Below, one piece after another: positions 38,015-49,748 of a stretch of DNA of 49,748 nucleotides; positions within the stretch are counted from its first letter, which is position 1; each line of letters starts with the position of its first letter. Source of the DNA: Catajapyx aquilonaris. Taxonomy: Eukaryota. The translations under genes were made by a program, and so were the position numbers. Under the pieces are notes generated by a model. The model worked only from the letters and a program-made list of their open reading frames with translations, ran no database searches and was not told the origin of the DNA. Where the stretch lies: assembly GCA_000934665.2 (NCBI GenBank), contig KZ538750.1, positions 1 through 49,748 on the forward strand, read 5' to 3'.

Positions 38015-38464
38015 CAGGGTGTAGGCTGTAATTCGGAACAGACTGTCTTGTAGGGGTAATAGAGGGGACCAAGACAAATATTTTTCACATAAGAACCCGT
38101 GCCTGGAAACGCCATCTAGAGGGGGTCAATAGACGAGGAACGTGTGCGCTCAGACGCCTCAGGCGGGAGACGCTAGGCGAGCGGACTGTTTAGTTGCTAG
38201 GTGGCGCGCAGATAGTAAACAACGGCGCGATTCGCAATAACCTGGCAACAGAACCGTTGTTTACTACCCGAGCACCACCTAGCAACTGAACGGTCCGCTC
38301 GCCTAGCGTAGCGCCTCCTGCCTGACGCGTCTGAGCGCACCCGTTCCTCGTCTATTGACCCCCTATAGATGGTGTTTCCAGGCAAGGGTTCTTATGTGAA
38401 AAATATTTGTCTTGGTCCCCTCTATTACACCGACAAGTTTGTCGTGAATTACAGCCTACACCTG
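38015..38464. mobile_element. Palindromic mariner-type MITE
   Basis: TA|cagggtgtaggctgtaattc ... gaattacagcctacacctg|TA. ~210-bp arms with a ~28-bp spacer. Confidence 0.9.
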
Positions 38465-39303
38465 TATACAGTTTGCAGCTAAGCATAATACCGGTACACC
38501 ATCCTGTGTGGTTACATCAATATTATTGAGAAAAATTACTTACAATAATAAATTATACAGCCAAATAATAGTTATTACTATTGGAATGAGGTAACATGAT
38601 TGAATGCACTGTTCTGTTATAATTTCCTGCAAAATAAGATGAGAGCGAAGACCTACATAAGCTATACATACTTAGGATATAGCATAGAAAAGTTCAACTT
38701 CATACTCGGACCATGACTGCCTTTCCATGTCATGGTACAGAAAGCTCTCTCCTTGGCACAAAACTAGCCGGTTTCTGTGTGATGAAGAAAATCCTTTCAC
38801 AAAGTAATATTCGAGAAAAATAGGAGACCTACACGAGATGAAGTCCCCGACAAAGAATTGGAACGCTCTACCGGAAGTTAATAAAAAATTGTTGCAATTT
38901 CTGGGGATGATACCCCAACTTTCTACCAACTAACGAGTTTGTGCAAACAGTTCAAGTGGGACAGGGAGCCTCCTATTTCAGCGTTCCTCTATTATTATCA
39001 TTCTTTCAGATAATATTATACAGTATTATCACAATACATTATTCTACTTAGTGACCGTGTGGAATTGCCTTCTGCTTGAACTTGGCGCCACAGAGGGCAG
39101 CAATAGTGGGCCTGGTAAGGGTGGCCATCTGGTGGTGACGGTTGGAAGTAGGTGAAGGTTGGGGTGGTGTGAGAGACAAAGGACGTTTCTCCAAATGGGC
39201 TGTAACTTTTTTTTAAGTTCCGGTGCATATAAACGTTCATAAGGAAATGTGCTTTTCACTACAGTTCACTACAGACTTTGGTATCCCCCTATTAAACAAA
39301 ATA

Positions 39304-39370
<67 letters not shown>
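39304..39370. repeat. (ATT)n microsatellite
   Basis: About 22 ATT units. Confidence 0.95.
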
Positions 39371-39371
<1 letters not shown>

Positions 39372-39405
39372 GATACATTTAGTTTTAACATTAGCCAGTA
39401 ATTAT

Positions 39406-39532
39406 CCCCATAATGCCCCTAGGGTCATATCTGGCACACCATTAAGTGCAATTTTTGCAATTGTTATATTTCCTGTAAGTGCCAAATTGCACTAAATGGT
39501 GTGCCAGATATGACCCAAGGGGCATTACAGGG
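39406..39532. mobile_element. Small foldback MITE with CCC...GGG termini (piggyBac-like)
   Basis: taatgcccct.gggtcatatctggcacaccatt.agtgcaattt pairs with its downstream complement. TTAA target is degenerate. Confidence 0.65.
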
Positions 39533-39641
39533 TTATTTTTTGTTTGTTTTCTCGACAGTAACAAAAGTGTACTTGTCTAGTGTTTGCACCAAACCCATCA
39601 ATATCGTATTATCACCACACAAACATAAAAGTGTACCTGGT

Positions 39642-39748
39642 GTCCAACAAGAATTGTCGCAGCGGCAGCGCACGAACTACAGTCTCTCGTGTCCCTGTGC
39701 TCGTAGATTGTAGTTCGTGCGCTGCCGCTGCGACAATTCTTGTTGGAC
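39642..39748. repeat. Hairpin with perfect 40-bp arms (probable small MITE)
   Basis: gtccaacaagaattgtcgcagcggcagcgcacgaactaca and its exact complement. TA lies 6 bp outside each arm. Confidence 0.9.
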
Positions 39749-40255
39749 TGATAGTACCATATTCCAAACTCAGCATAAGTTTCAATGACATTTTTGTCAC
39801 AATACGGACGGGTATACAGGTTCCCCATTCTATGTAAATGCCATAGTGTGGTTAACATGACACTGTCCTTGTCTGTGCATTTTACGGCCCTTAATGTCAA
39901 CATTAGTAGCTAATATTTAGACAGAAATTAAAAGTCAAGAACCAGTTGCATGAATGCAGATTAAGAAGGCTATTTCTTATATGATATGGTTATTATGGTA
40001 TTATACGTATATTGTGAATGATTTTCTTGTACGCTACAACCGTCCTTAAGGTTCTGTGGTATTATATCTAACTAAACGAGAATAAAGCGGCTCTCCAATG
40101 AATCAGCAAATTTTTGCATGAGTCTGTAGCTGACCTACAGTACTTGTATATGAGAACATCACAAATGAAACATACCAGGAATTTTTTAAATGTGCTGTTT
40201 ATTCCCGTTTCAAAACTGTCGGCAAAATCTCTCTCCCGACCCACTATTCACCAAT

Positions 40256-40771
40256 AGGGTCATTCCCACGTGCCACAGGGATCATGATCCTTACCCCCGA
40301 AAATCGTGATTGGGGTGTTCCCACATGCCCTTCCTCCACCCGAACGCGTTTACGAAGGTGACTGTGGCAGCCAGCTTGTAGAAGTTGACTGCCACCTTAT
40401 GAGTCGCGATCCTGACGTCACTCCCCCCTCCGGACCGGGCAACATGGCGGCTCCCTGCTTGGCCCCGTCTGCCCACGTGTCTGCCCCCTCGCTCTGCGGG
40501 CAGCCAGGACCTGTGTAATAACGTAGATAGCATGCCTCCATGCTATTACAGCCAGGCCTATCGTAGAGTCACCCGTGCCTGTGTCCGGGAGCCGAAGCGA
40601 GAGTCATTTTTTCGCCAGGCGGGTGGGCGTGGTTACAGACCACTCCACCGAAAATCACGAAAAGTACATGGCCCGTGGAAACAGTCACCAAACGATCCTG
40701 ATCACATCCTGATTTTGCCAGTCAGAAACGTGGTTCAAGATCGAGATTTTGTGGCACGTGGGAATGACCCT
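40256..40771. mobile_element. MITE with 3-bp AAT TSD (PIF/Harbinger-like)
   Basis: Perfect 22-bp TIR agggtcattcccacgtgccaca. AAT at 40253-40255 and 40772-40774. Confidence 0.8.
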
Positions 40772-41106
40772 AATGGCTCACGGGGTCACGTGATCGATAC
40801 CCAACATGGCCCTTCACACAGCGTCTGCCAGGCCACAGCCAATCACAAACAGTCATTATGTTTGTGCTCTAATTGTTTGTGCGATCCGACATAATAATTA
40901 TTGGCCTTTCCATGCTGTCATATGCCACAGAAGCAGATATTCAGCACTTATTCCCCTTTCCCCCTTCCATGTGAGTGCATTTGAGGATTATGATTATGAT
41001 GATGATTCATATTATTACTGTATTTACGACAATAGTTTAAGCCACTGGAGTCCGTGAACTGAGATTCCATAATATGAAATCTCGGTTCACGGATTCCAGT
41101 GGCGAG

Positions 41107-41158
41107 TCGGCGAGTAGAGGTGAAAAACATAATTATGTTTTTCACCTCTACTCGCCGA
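41107..41158. repeat. Perfect 52-bp loopless palindrome
   Basis: tcggcgagtagaggtgaaaaacataa|ttatgtttttcacctctactcgccga. Confidence 0.95.
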
Positions 41159-42629
41159 GCGACTCGCTTTGACCTCATAATATATTATGCGGTTAGTTTA
41201 AAAAATATTTTGCAACGATATAGGCGAGTGACGATGAGTGAATCAGTCATACGTATGGGGCATACCATTTCAACTCATCCCACTTTCTCTGATTTCGTTC
41301 ATGTTAAGCTGTACTGCTGTGCCGATGCATGAGTGTAGGCCTATATATACGTAATCGGGTTCGTTTGTCTTTGCGACGCGTGGTTGCGAAACTGCAGGGT
41401 GCTACAATACGAATTTCACACTAAGTTTCATGGAGACGCATAACTCCCAACATACTGTATAACAAAAAAATTCGAATGTTGATGCGTTTTGTTTTTTTGT
41501 TTTGTTTCTTTGGAAAGGACAACAGCCTTTAACATTCCGTCATTCCCTAACCGGACTTCCAGGGAAATTACTGATTTTAAGACAGTCTTTTTTCCGTGAT
41601 AGGGAGACACCTATTTTCACTTCTGCCATGCCGGTACTCTTGGTCCGGTATTTTTTATCTGGTATCTAACTCCTCTAATTAAATAGCTATAACAGCGCAC
41701 ATGAAACTGTTTTCGCAGCCTAGATTGTAAAATATAATTTTAGATTACTTTTGTGTTGGGATGAAAGGGTGAGATTAAAATAAGGCTCTGCTTGGTTGTA
41801 AAGTAGACACTGCAGAATCTCACTAGTGTTCATGACTACAAATCTAAATCCTTGACTGGACTCTCGACAATATTCCTAGCAGTCAGAAAACCACAGATGA
41901 AGTCTCTTCTCCAGCCCTTGTGATTCCTTGGAGATATTCATGAATTACCTACGTCTAGGGTAATTAAAACTTGAAGACGTCTTCCAGTGCTACAAACGGG
42001 TAACTTTTGATGACAAAACAAGCTGGAGAAGGGCGCTGGAGAGAACAAAAAAGACAGCCTTGTTCCTTGGGAAAAGATTCCACCTGCATCGAACCATCAG
42101 CAGTGGTCTGGAAACTCCGGGAGCAGAAAACAAGTGGATCCGAATCCGGAGAAGGCAAGAAGAGTGTTCCGGAAGTGAGTGTTAGTGTCGCGTCGGCCGC
42201 AATCCATTAGTCTGCAGGAGGACATTAATAATAAATAGAGCCTAGGCTGCGCCATTAGTCAGGGGGCCCCGACACAAGTCTCCTTATCATTCCGCTGCAT
42301 CAAGAACCCGTTTTCCAGCTCTTTTTCGGCCCGCTTTTTACCTCCATTTAACTAATTGGGCGGGGCAGCTTGCGCCAATTAATTATCTCCCTCTCGCTTC
42401 GATTCGTACATCCCTTTTAAGGGCTCCATTGTAACTTTGAAATGTAAGCCATCCTGACTCTATCCGAGAGGGAGGGAGAGGGGGGGGGTCTCTAGTGGCA
42501 CGCTCTTCTCATTCCCTTTCATTCTTCAAAGTGCGGTAAAATGAGAGGTTACGAGTGCCTCGCCAAGTGGTGTCACGAGGGGTGGGGGAGGGGGGGGGGT
42601 CATCCGCATTGCGAATTTTGCGATCACCG

Positions 42630-42644
42630 CCGCCAGATGGCAGT
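42630..42644 (+). promoter_or_regulatory. CTCF-like motif
   Basis: ccgccagatggcagt fits the CCRCCAGRKGGCRS-type consensus and lies outside recognised repeats. Motif match only. Confidence 0.35.
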
Positions 42645-45600
42645 CAAAGAGTGAATATAGCCGCTAAGTCAAATATAGGGGTTTGCGCCATTTTGTATAA
42701 TTTTGCCTAAATATCAGCAGTGTACGAGGTGTGTGGCTTCCTGATTTGATGCAATTTGCGTGTCTGCATTGGCAAGAGAAGTCCGTAGGCATTTTCCCTA
42801 TATATACGGTGAGAGACGTGAAAACAGCATGGAGGCGGAGAGTCAGATCATTAAAGCTGGATGCAACTGAGGAGAGAAGTGCGTCTACCGCAACCTAAAG
42901 TACATTAAGCAACCTTATGCAAAGCAGCTCGGCACGCACGTGGTGCATAATTTACGAGCGGGCCTCGAGTCTGTGGGTCTTGAAAGCATGCTCAGGATTT
43001 GGCCACCTGAGAGCAAGGAGGGCCGTGTTCCTAAAAACCACCAAACGGAGGGATATTGGTGGGCCGTTGCTACACGTCATTACGTGTCCCTAAGTGTTCC
43101 CGAACGCTCTCACCTTAATGCAAAGCAGGTAGGGAATTAAGAGGCGTCTCGGCTGGGGATCCCAACTTAAGACACTGATTCATTATGCATTCAGCTGCGA
43201 TATCCCCGCCTGTCACCGCCATATTCCTTCCGACCCTAATGAATTACGCAAACATTTCCAGCGCACCAGCTCCCCCGCACCTTCACATGTCAAAATCTTG
43301 GCTCTATGTGCTGCCACCACCCTTATAAACCTGTACTTAGATGCTTTCCTTCTCCATGTTTTATAAGGCGGCTAAATATAGTAGGCACGGGGTCGCATGG
43401 TTTGGAGAGGCGAAAGGGCGGGAAGAAAAACTGCTTTCATAACTAACCTTTTGCATTGTTCAGAGGAATTTGGGCAGTCTTGCCCACTCGCTAGGCCTTT
43501 GGAGAGAATACCTCGTAATAGCTGGGTTATTATGTCTGTAACTTCGCGATGAGAAGCCCCTAGGCGAAGTTTGGGCAGCTCATGGCATACATTTTCAGGG
43601 GAGTGCAGTGAGCTAGCGCTCACTTCACATTTTAAATGACGGTCCCGGACGTTCCATGTGTAAATGGGAGGATACTTTTTGTGGGTGGAAATGCCTCCAA
43701 TCAACAGGGCGACCAGTTCTTTCAAATGAGCCACATTATCTTACGGTGAATTATCAATAATATATTTCCTTAATAGGGCATATATTAATGAGTCATTCTC
43801 TTCACAATTAAAAATGATGGATATTAAGGGGACGAGAAAAATTCTAATGTAATACTGTACCATTTCACACTCGTATTGGTTGAAATCTTTCGGGAAACCC
43901 ACTCCCTCTCTCTTCTGATTTTTATGTGCAGCAGCCTCAGGGATGAAGTCCGTACGTGCGAGAGAATTTCACAGACATGAATATGAAATTACTATTTGCT
44001 GTGTATTCCGTATGGACTGTCCAAATCTCCCCACTCCTGGTGCAAAGTGACTCGTTGACCAGGGGAAAAAAAATCTATTTTGCGGTACAATGTTTTAAGC
44101 ACTGTTTGGCATCATTATCGTTATTATCATATACCAAATGGGAGGGATAGTAGGCTAAGTGAATAAGAAAGAAGTTAACAACAAAATAATATGATCTAAC
44201 GGCATGGCAGATTGAGAGTAATAACTTACATGTAATTGAATTTCAGAAAACAAATCGGAAAATCCAAAATAAGCACGACCTGAGCACTACCTAATACAAT
44301 ACTGACCTCGGTTGTAGCATGGCTCGCTCCCTGGATGGCACCCGCGTCATGACACACCTAGGCTATCTCAAATATTCCCATCCAATAACCAATACTATCC
44401 TCCACTTTAAAAATTGCTTATCACTCCTCTAAATCCCCAAAATAGTAACAAATCAATTACCTCAATGTATACTGTATAATTAACTAATGTCATATAGAGA
44501 CAGCCATCTGGTCTTGACAATTTATTTCTCGTCGCCAAGTAGAATGCATTATTCCTACATCTAATAAAACAATAATAATAATAAAAAACACAAACAAACA
44601 AACAACACATTTTTGCTCTTTCTGAAGATGTGAATAGTCATTCTTATAGTTCCTTTCGCCCTGATTCCAAATCTGCACGTAGCATTGTGCTGGAAGGCAT
44701 AGTGTTTGGGATATACTGCATTTACTGAATTTACAAATATACTATCTCTTAGTAAATGACGTATATGTCAAACACTGTGCCTGCCAGCACAATTCTAAGT
44801 AGAGATTTGGAATCAGCGGAAAAAATATTTATTGAAACACATCATAACCAGAGAAAAAATACCCTTGTCGAACAGTGTTATATCTTTCAAAGAAACAGCT
44901 TTTATTCATTTGAATCCTCCAAAACTCAGGAATACGATAATTTTATTGGAACGTTAATCAATAAATGGATGAAAGAATAAATCACATGTGGACAGCTTTC
45001 TGCTCTTCCATGGATATTACTCCTAAAAACGTGATGTGTTAAATATTACGATGAATAAACAATTGCAGCACATTGATCACCTATTTCTGCCTTGACGGGA
45101 GCCCTGTTTGATAGGATGGGTGGTGATAAAGACCGTGCACCTGCTTCCCCTCATGAAATAAATGAAAAGATTCAATGATCACATTCACTGCTGCTGATGC
45201 GTGTGGTTATCAGAGCCATCCTCTCACTGATCGATCAGCAGGGGCAAAAAGAGACGAGCAGGTGTTGAATCCAACGATCTACAGAATTGATCATTCACTT
45301 CCGAAATTCCCCATGGCTGTCCTAGGAGTCCTCAAGTTTGGAACAATACATATGGCCTCCGAGAGTATAGGAGTTTTTTTTAGATAATATCAGTAGATTA
45401 GTATGTAATATATTGCTAACCGCACAAGATGGCTTATTTTGTCAGGACATTTCCAATATTCGTAGGAAAGATAATATAGGATATTATTGCACTGGGTCAA
45501 GAAGATCAAGAAAATACCGTTTTGGGATAACAATACTGTGAAACATCCTGCTGAGCTACCATAACTATAGGCCTACTACATTTAAGCATAATTAATGACT

Positions 45601-46769
45601 GTGTAGGATTGGTTCTAGGATAAATTACGAAATAATAAGCGCAGTCGAGGGTACTTTCCAGGCAAGCTTGCCTCAAGGGTGAGTTGTAACAACTCTAATG
45701 ATAATTCCTCCCAGAGTGGTACGTACAGCATTTTTGCGAGTGCAGTAAGGTCCAGTCGGAGTAGATTTTATGCAGAGAGGAGTAAACAATTAAGCCGTCA
45801 GAAGCGGTGAGTGTCCAGTTGGCAAGCCTGTAGGTTGGGCAAGGTAGTCTCCACCCAATTCCCAGAGAAAGGGCAGGCGTTAGGTATTCGTCGGAAGCGG
45901 AACCGCACTTGGAGCAAGAAACATCTCCCAAGTCATTTCCGGCTCACGTTAGGAGGACAAAATCAACAGGCTCAGATGTCCAGTCTGGACTGGCTTTTGT
46001 GCCCACCAGAGAAGGAAACTTGTGTGGCCCTCGCTCCGCCTGCCTGCATACGGAGCTATAAAGCCTGCACTTCACTTCTTCCACACACCACGACTAACTA
46101 AACAACGCTCCAAAAGGCCTCTGCAGAGTTTACACAACAACCTCATTATTGCCTTCACACAAAAAGGGGCACATAAAAACTGGGAAGAAACTCTAATCAT
46201 CAGGTAAACCGGGTCTATCAAACTAATTATGCATGAAAACAAGGCAGGTGACTTCGGCCAGCGCAATTCTGTGAAACAATTCTACAGATGGTTACACTGT
46301 AGGCTTTACGCGGAGTTTCTCGTATGTTTGAACAAAAAATGCTTCCAGAGTGCTGAGAAGTTGGAGCCATAGTCACTCTTTCCTAAACCCAAGTACAGTA
46401 TCAGCCGCCACTCAACGTGCTTAGATTAAAAACAGACCTACTCCTATTATGCTTTCACGCCAAACACTGCGGCAGCATGCTTGAAAGCCCTTGTACTGTA
46501 CACTCTGGCTGAGCGCACAAACTACATTTGCCTGTACTTTCTACTCAAACAATGAGCGGGAAACGGCAACGTGTTGCACCCCATTTTGAGCACACGAGTG
46601 CCGGTATTACTGTATTAATGAACCTGTTCGAACAAAAACGTGGGAAATGTATAGATATAATCCAATCTAAAGCTTTTTCAGACAACCTTTATCATGAGTT
46701 GGCGCCTCGAGTAATGAAAAGCATGTAAATGAAGTCCGGCTTTCACCGCCACAAAATGCTTGGTCAAAA

Positions 46770-46900
46770 AATGGCACAAATGATGGATTTTTATCGCGGG
46801 AGGAAACGGGAGAACCCGTCGAAATTGTTTGTCACATGACAAAATCCGTTTGTCCGACCTGGGGAGAGAACTCGCGACCTCAGATATGGCAGGCTACCGT
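46770..46900 (-). mobile_element. Old, degenerate tRNA-SINE fragment (different family)
   Basis: Reverse strand gaggtcgcgagttctctcccc (decayed B box) followed by gggttctcccgtttcctccc, resembling conserved SINE central domains. Confidence 0.5.
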
Positions 46901-49657
46901 ACACCATCATAATACACAGTCAATGCCAAACAATTTTTCCACTACACACCATGTTATGCTCTCACTTATCAGTTTCAATGCCATGTCTTTGACAAACACG
47001 CAAGTTTAAATTTAACACATAATTTTTAATATTTGGAAATTATATTTGGGAAATTGTCTGAGAGAAGCCTTTAAAATATAGGTGTAGTAAGTAAGGAAAA
47101 AATAATAAATCAGATGGTCTGCCGCCTAATGTACACATGGAGCATCTAAGGCTCCTAAAGTTTATAATGAGTGCAATATATCGAGCTTAGTGTCCCGGAA
47201 GTACAGTTAAGATTATTAGCAATAATTTCCCCCGCAACATGGGCTTAATTTGGAAATCGGTGTCGTACGTCCGCGTACAAGTGCACTTAAATTGAGGTAA
47301 GGTATAGTATACAACAGCATTAATCTTGATTTAAAGACCGCGGCGTTGATTTTAATTACCGGGCGGTCACCAAAAACCGGTTGGTAAAGTCAGGCGATTA
47401 ATTCCAGCCGACATATCGTGCCCTTTATACGGAAAGTGGAATAGCGGAAGATATACATTTGGACTCCGAATTCCGCCTGGCGAAAGGTCAAGTTGTCCCG
47501 TTTCATTGCAGATGACATTTTCGGCTGACTCGCACACGAACGTAGAAAACCACGGTTTAATATTGCTATACCAAGTGTTGCAAAACCGCATTTCCAGATA
47601 GACTATAAGTAGGCTAATATACTTCAATCCATGTCAGCTATACGTACAGTATACAGCAAGGATTGAATTTTGTTGTTAAGACTCTTTTGTGTATAAAGAT
47701 TGCTCCACAATGAAAGAGGGAGAAATAAATGACAAAAATAACAAACATTAATAAATAAAAAAACGCCATCCCCAGACATCATCACACCCCTCCATTCCTT
47801 TTCCATAAGCATGTATTACTACTTATCATGACCAGGGCCATATGTCAGCAGCATCCGGACACTGCAGAGCCAGCCTGTCCAACACCACCATATTAGCACT
47901 ATGAGCTGATGGCTGAAAGGCCAATAGCACAGGGACACTGCACACCCATGCATTATAACCACCAAACTAGCCATGAATGAGCTTATCACAGTTTGCCTTC
48001 ATTGCAAAGAGAAGCAATCCAACTGTACTATTTGACAGCCCATTGAGGCATAATAAAGTAACATAAAAGTGTAACTTATTTCCGCCAAATCTCACGTGCA
48101 CTAAGAGCAGGTTGTATGAACGTATAAATTAATGTCTGCTCATATATTGTGAATAACCGACACGTCCACAATATGAAATATTTCCTAATAATTTGCTTCC
48201 ATGCAACCTGCCCTATAGTCTTTCGCTAATTACTAAAGATGTGCTAACTGAAAGTATTGCGGGGAGGACTCCCAAGTTACATTCCTCAAATGGAGTGATC
48301 ATGATGCCGTAAACACATTGCACAGGGTACAATGTCTTTGTGCGACCAAAATTTGTCAGATTATAAATGCTGCATCTTATGTGAATACATTCTTCTAGTG
48401 AAACCTTTGAAGGGTTCGGAGGTTCCTCTTTTTATTTTTATGTTTTTGATCCGAGATGTCAAAGGGCACAAGATTAGTGGTTGGCCTTTATCGTTGCTTC
48501 TAAAACGGTGGATCTTGTGGCATTTCCGCCCATCTCGGCCCACTCAAAGTTCCGCCGAAAAAAGCGGCCCTGCTGGAGTTTTATTGATGAGCCCGCCAAC
48601 CCAAACACCTCTTCCCGTAAGATCTTCCATCAATGTCTGCAAATCTCAAGGAAAAGTAGGCTCACGAATCTTAGTCACAAATTTTATATAAGGTCAAGCA
48701 GAGTGAATAAGACCACTTTATATTATGCACTCTACTTTCATTTATAAGTATGTATTTGAACACTCTTATTTATACCTTTACTCGTGGAGATGAGCTTCCT
48801 CTATGACCTCATACATAAAATTAAAAGCAACACGATTAGAATACCTGTACATGTTTAAAATTATTAAATCCTGGTACCCTGACGTGTGTGACCATCCAAG
48901 CCAACCCCAACATTTATTTTGTTTTTAAAAGTTTACGCAGTCCATTTCAGTATCCTGTCAGTAGTCTATACAATAATTTCCGCGACATTGAATGGATAGG
49001 AACAAGCTCATTAAATACCATGTTTGCATACTCTGTCACTTTATTAGGAGAGGCAGTGAGCATGGTGTGACTGTATAGAGTTCCTTCCCGTAAATCTCTT
49101 CTTGAGTGTACACTAGGAAAAACTCAGACTTCTTCTCTGACCTCCTTCAGGAAGGCTTGCTATGTTCTCCGCCCTTACCCTCTCCTCGGGCCAGCCATTA
49201 AATATCTTTTTTCTCTTCTTCTCCTTCTACTACCACTACTTCTTCTACCCAGCCCTCTTTCTCAGCTCTCAGCTCCGACAAAGTGCAACGGACCGGTTAC
49301 ACTCCTCTCTCTGATGATACCCTCTGGCAATTGGTGGTCTAATGGCCACCTTTCCAATAGTGGTCAAGTAATGTTACAAAGCACTTTCTCTCAAATATAA
49401 AAACAATTTACTTTCAACTAACTGGACGTCAAAGATTTCAGTTTTGGTCTTACCACAATTGTGCCTAAATACCATACTATGAATGATTGCTCCTTAATGT
49501 TGCGATAAAGGTTAATACAATCATGTCGGCGACACGGGGTGATTCATTTCTGAAGTTTAAAATGATGGGTTTTCGTACTAATGTTATTATTTTGAAAACC
49601 AAAATCTATGTCCTATGATGTGGAAAGGCCCACATAATTTTTATTGTTAATAGTGCT

Positions 49658-49748
49658 GGGTCATTCCATGTCAATTCACCGAGCTTTTAAGGAAAATTGA
49701 CCCTTGGGTTGTCAGATTTTGACGAAAATCGGCGAATCGCTTTAATTA
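49658..49748. mobile_element. Probable left end of a MITE cut by the window edge
   Basis: Begins gggtcattcc, like the 40256 TIR. The partner end is not in the window. Confidence 0.4.

Noticed and set aside
49080..49330. RTE LINE C-terminal fragment (also 36100-36300)
   Set aside because: Only a vague resemblance to GxRxxGRP motifs within purine/pyrimidine-biased sequence.

Overview
Animal (most likely insect) nuclear non-coding DNA: a large intron or intergenic region. I found no recognisable host exon, true tRNA/rRNA gene, CRISPR array or prokaryotic operon. Nearly all supplied ORFs are chance frames or lie inside repeats. The window holds at least ten tRNA-derived SINE copies or fragments, most with 13-16 bp target-site duplications (TSDs), built from interchangeable head, body and tail modules. 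It also holds many DNA-transposon derivatives: Buster-type hAT (one with transposase remnants), Tc1/mariner (one with a C-terminal transposase remnant and two 3' ends), and Tigger-, Kolobok-, Sola- and Harbinger-like MITEs plus foldback palindromes. The 3' end of an LTR retrotransposon and microsatellites are also present. The most notable signal is a SINE 3' structure (small hairpin, then CCCC-TA..-variable stem-GGGG-TA) whose inner stem differs in sequence between copies but still base-pairs. Stretches between repeats are TE-poor and rich in TAAT/TTTAYG motifs and may be cis-regulatory; that part is inference. All alignments were done by eye.
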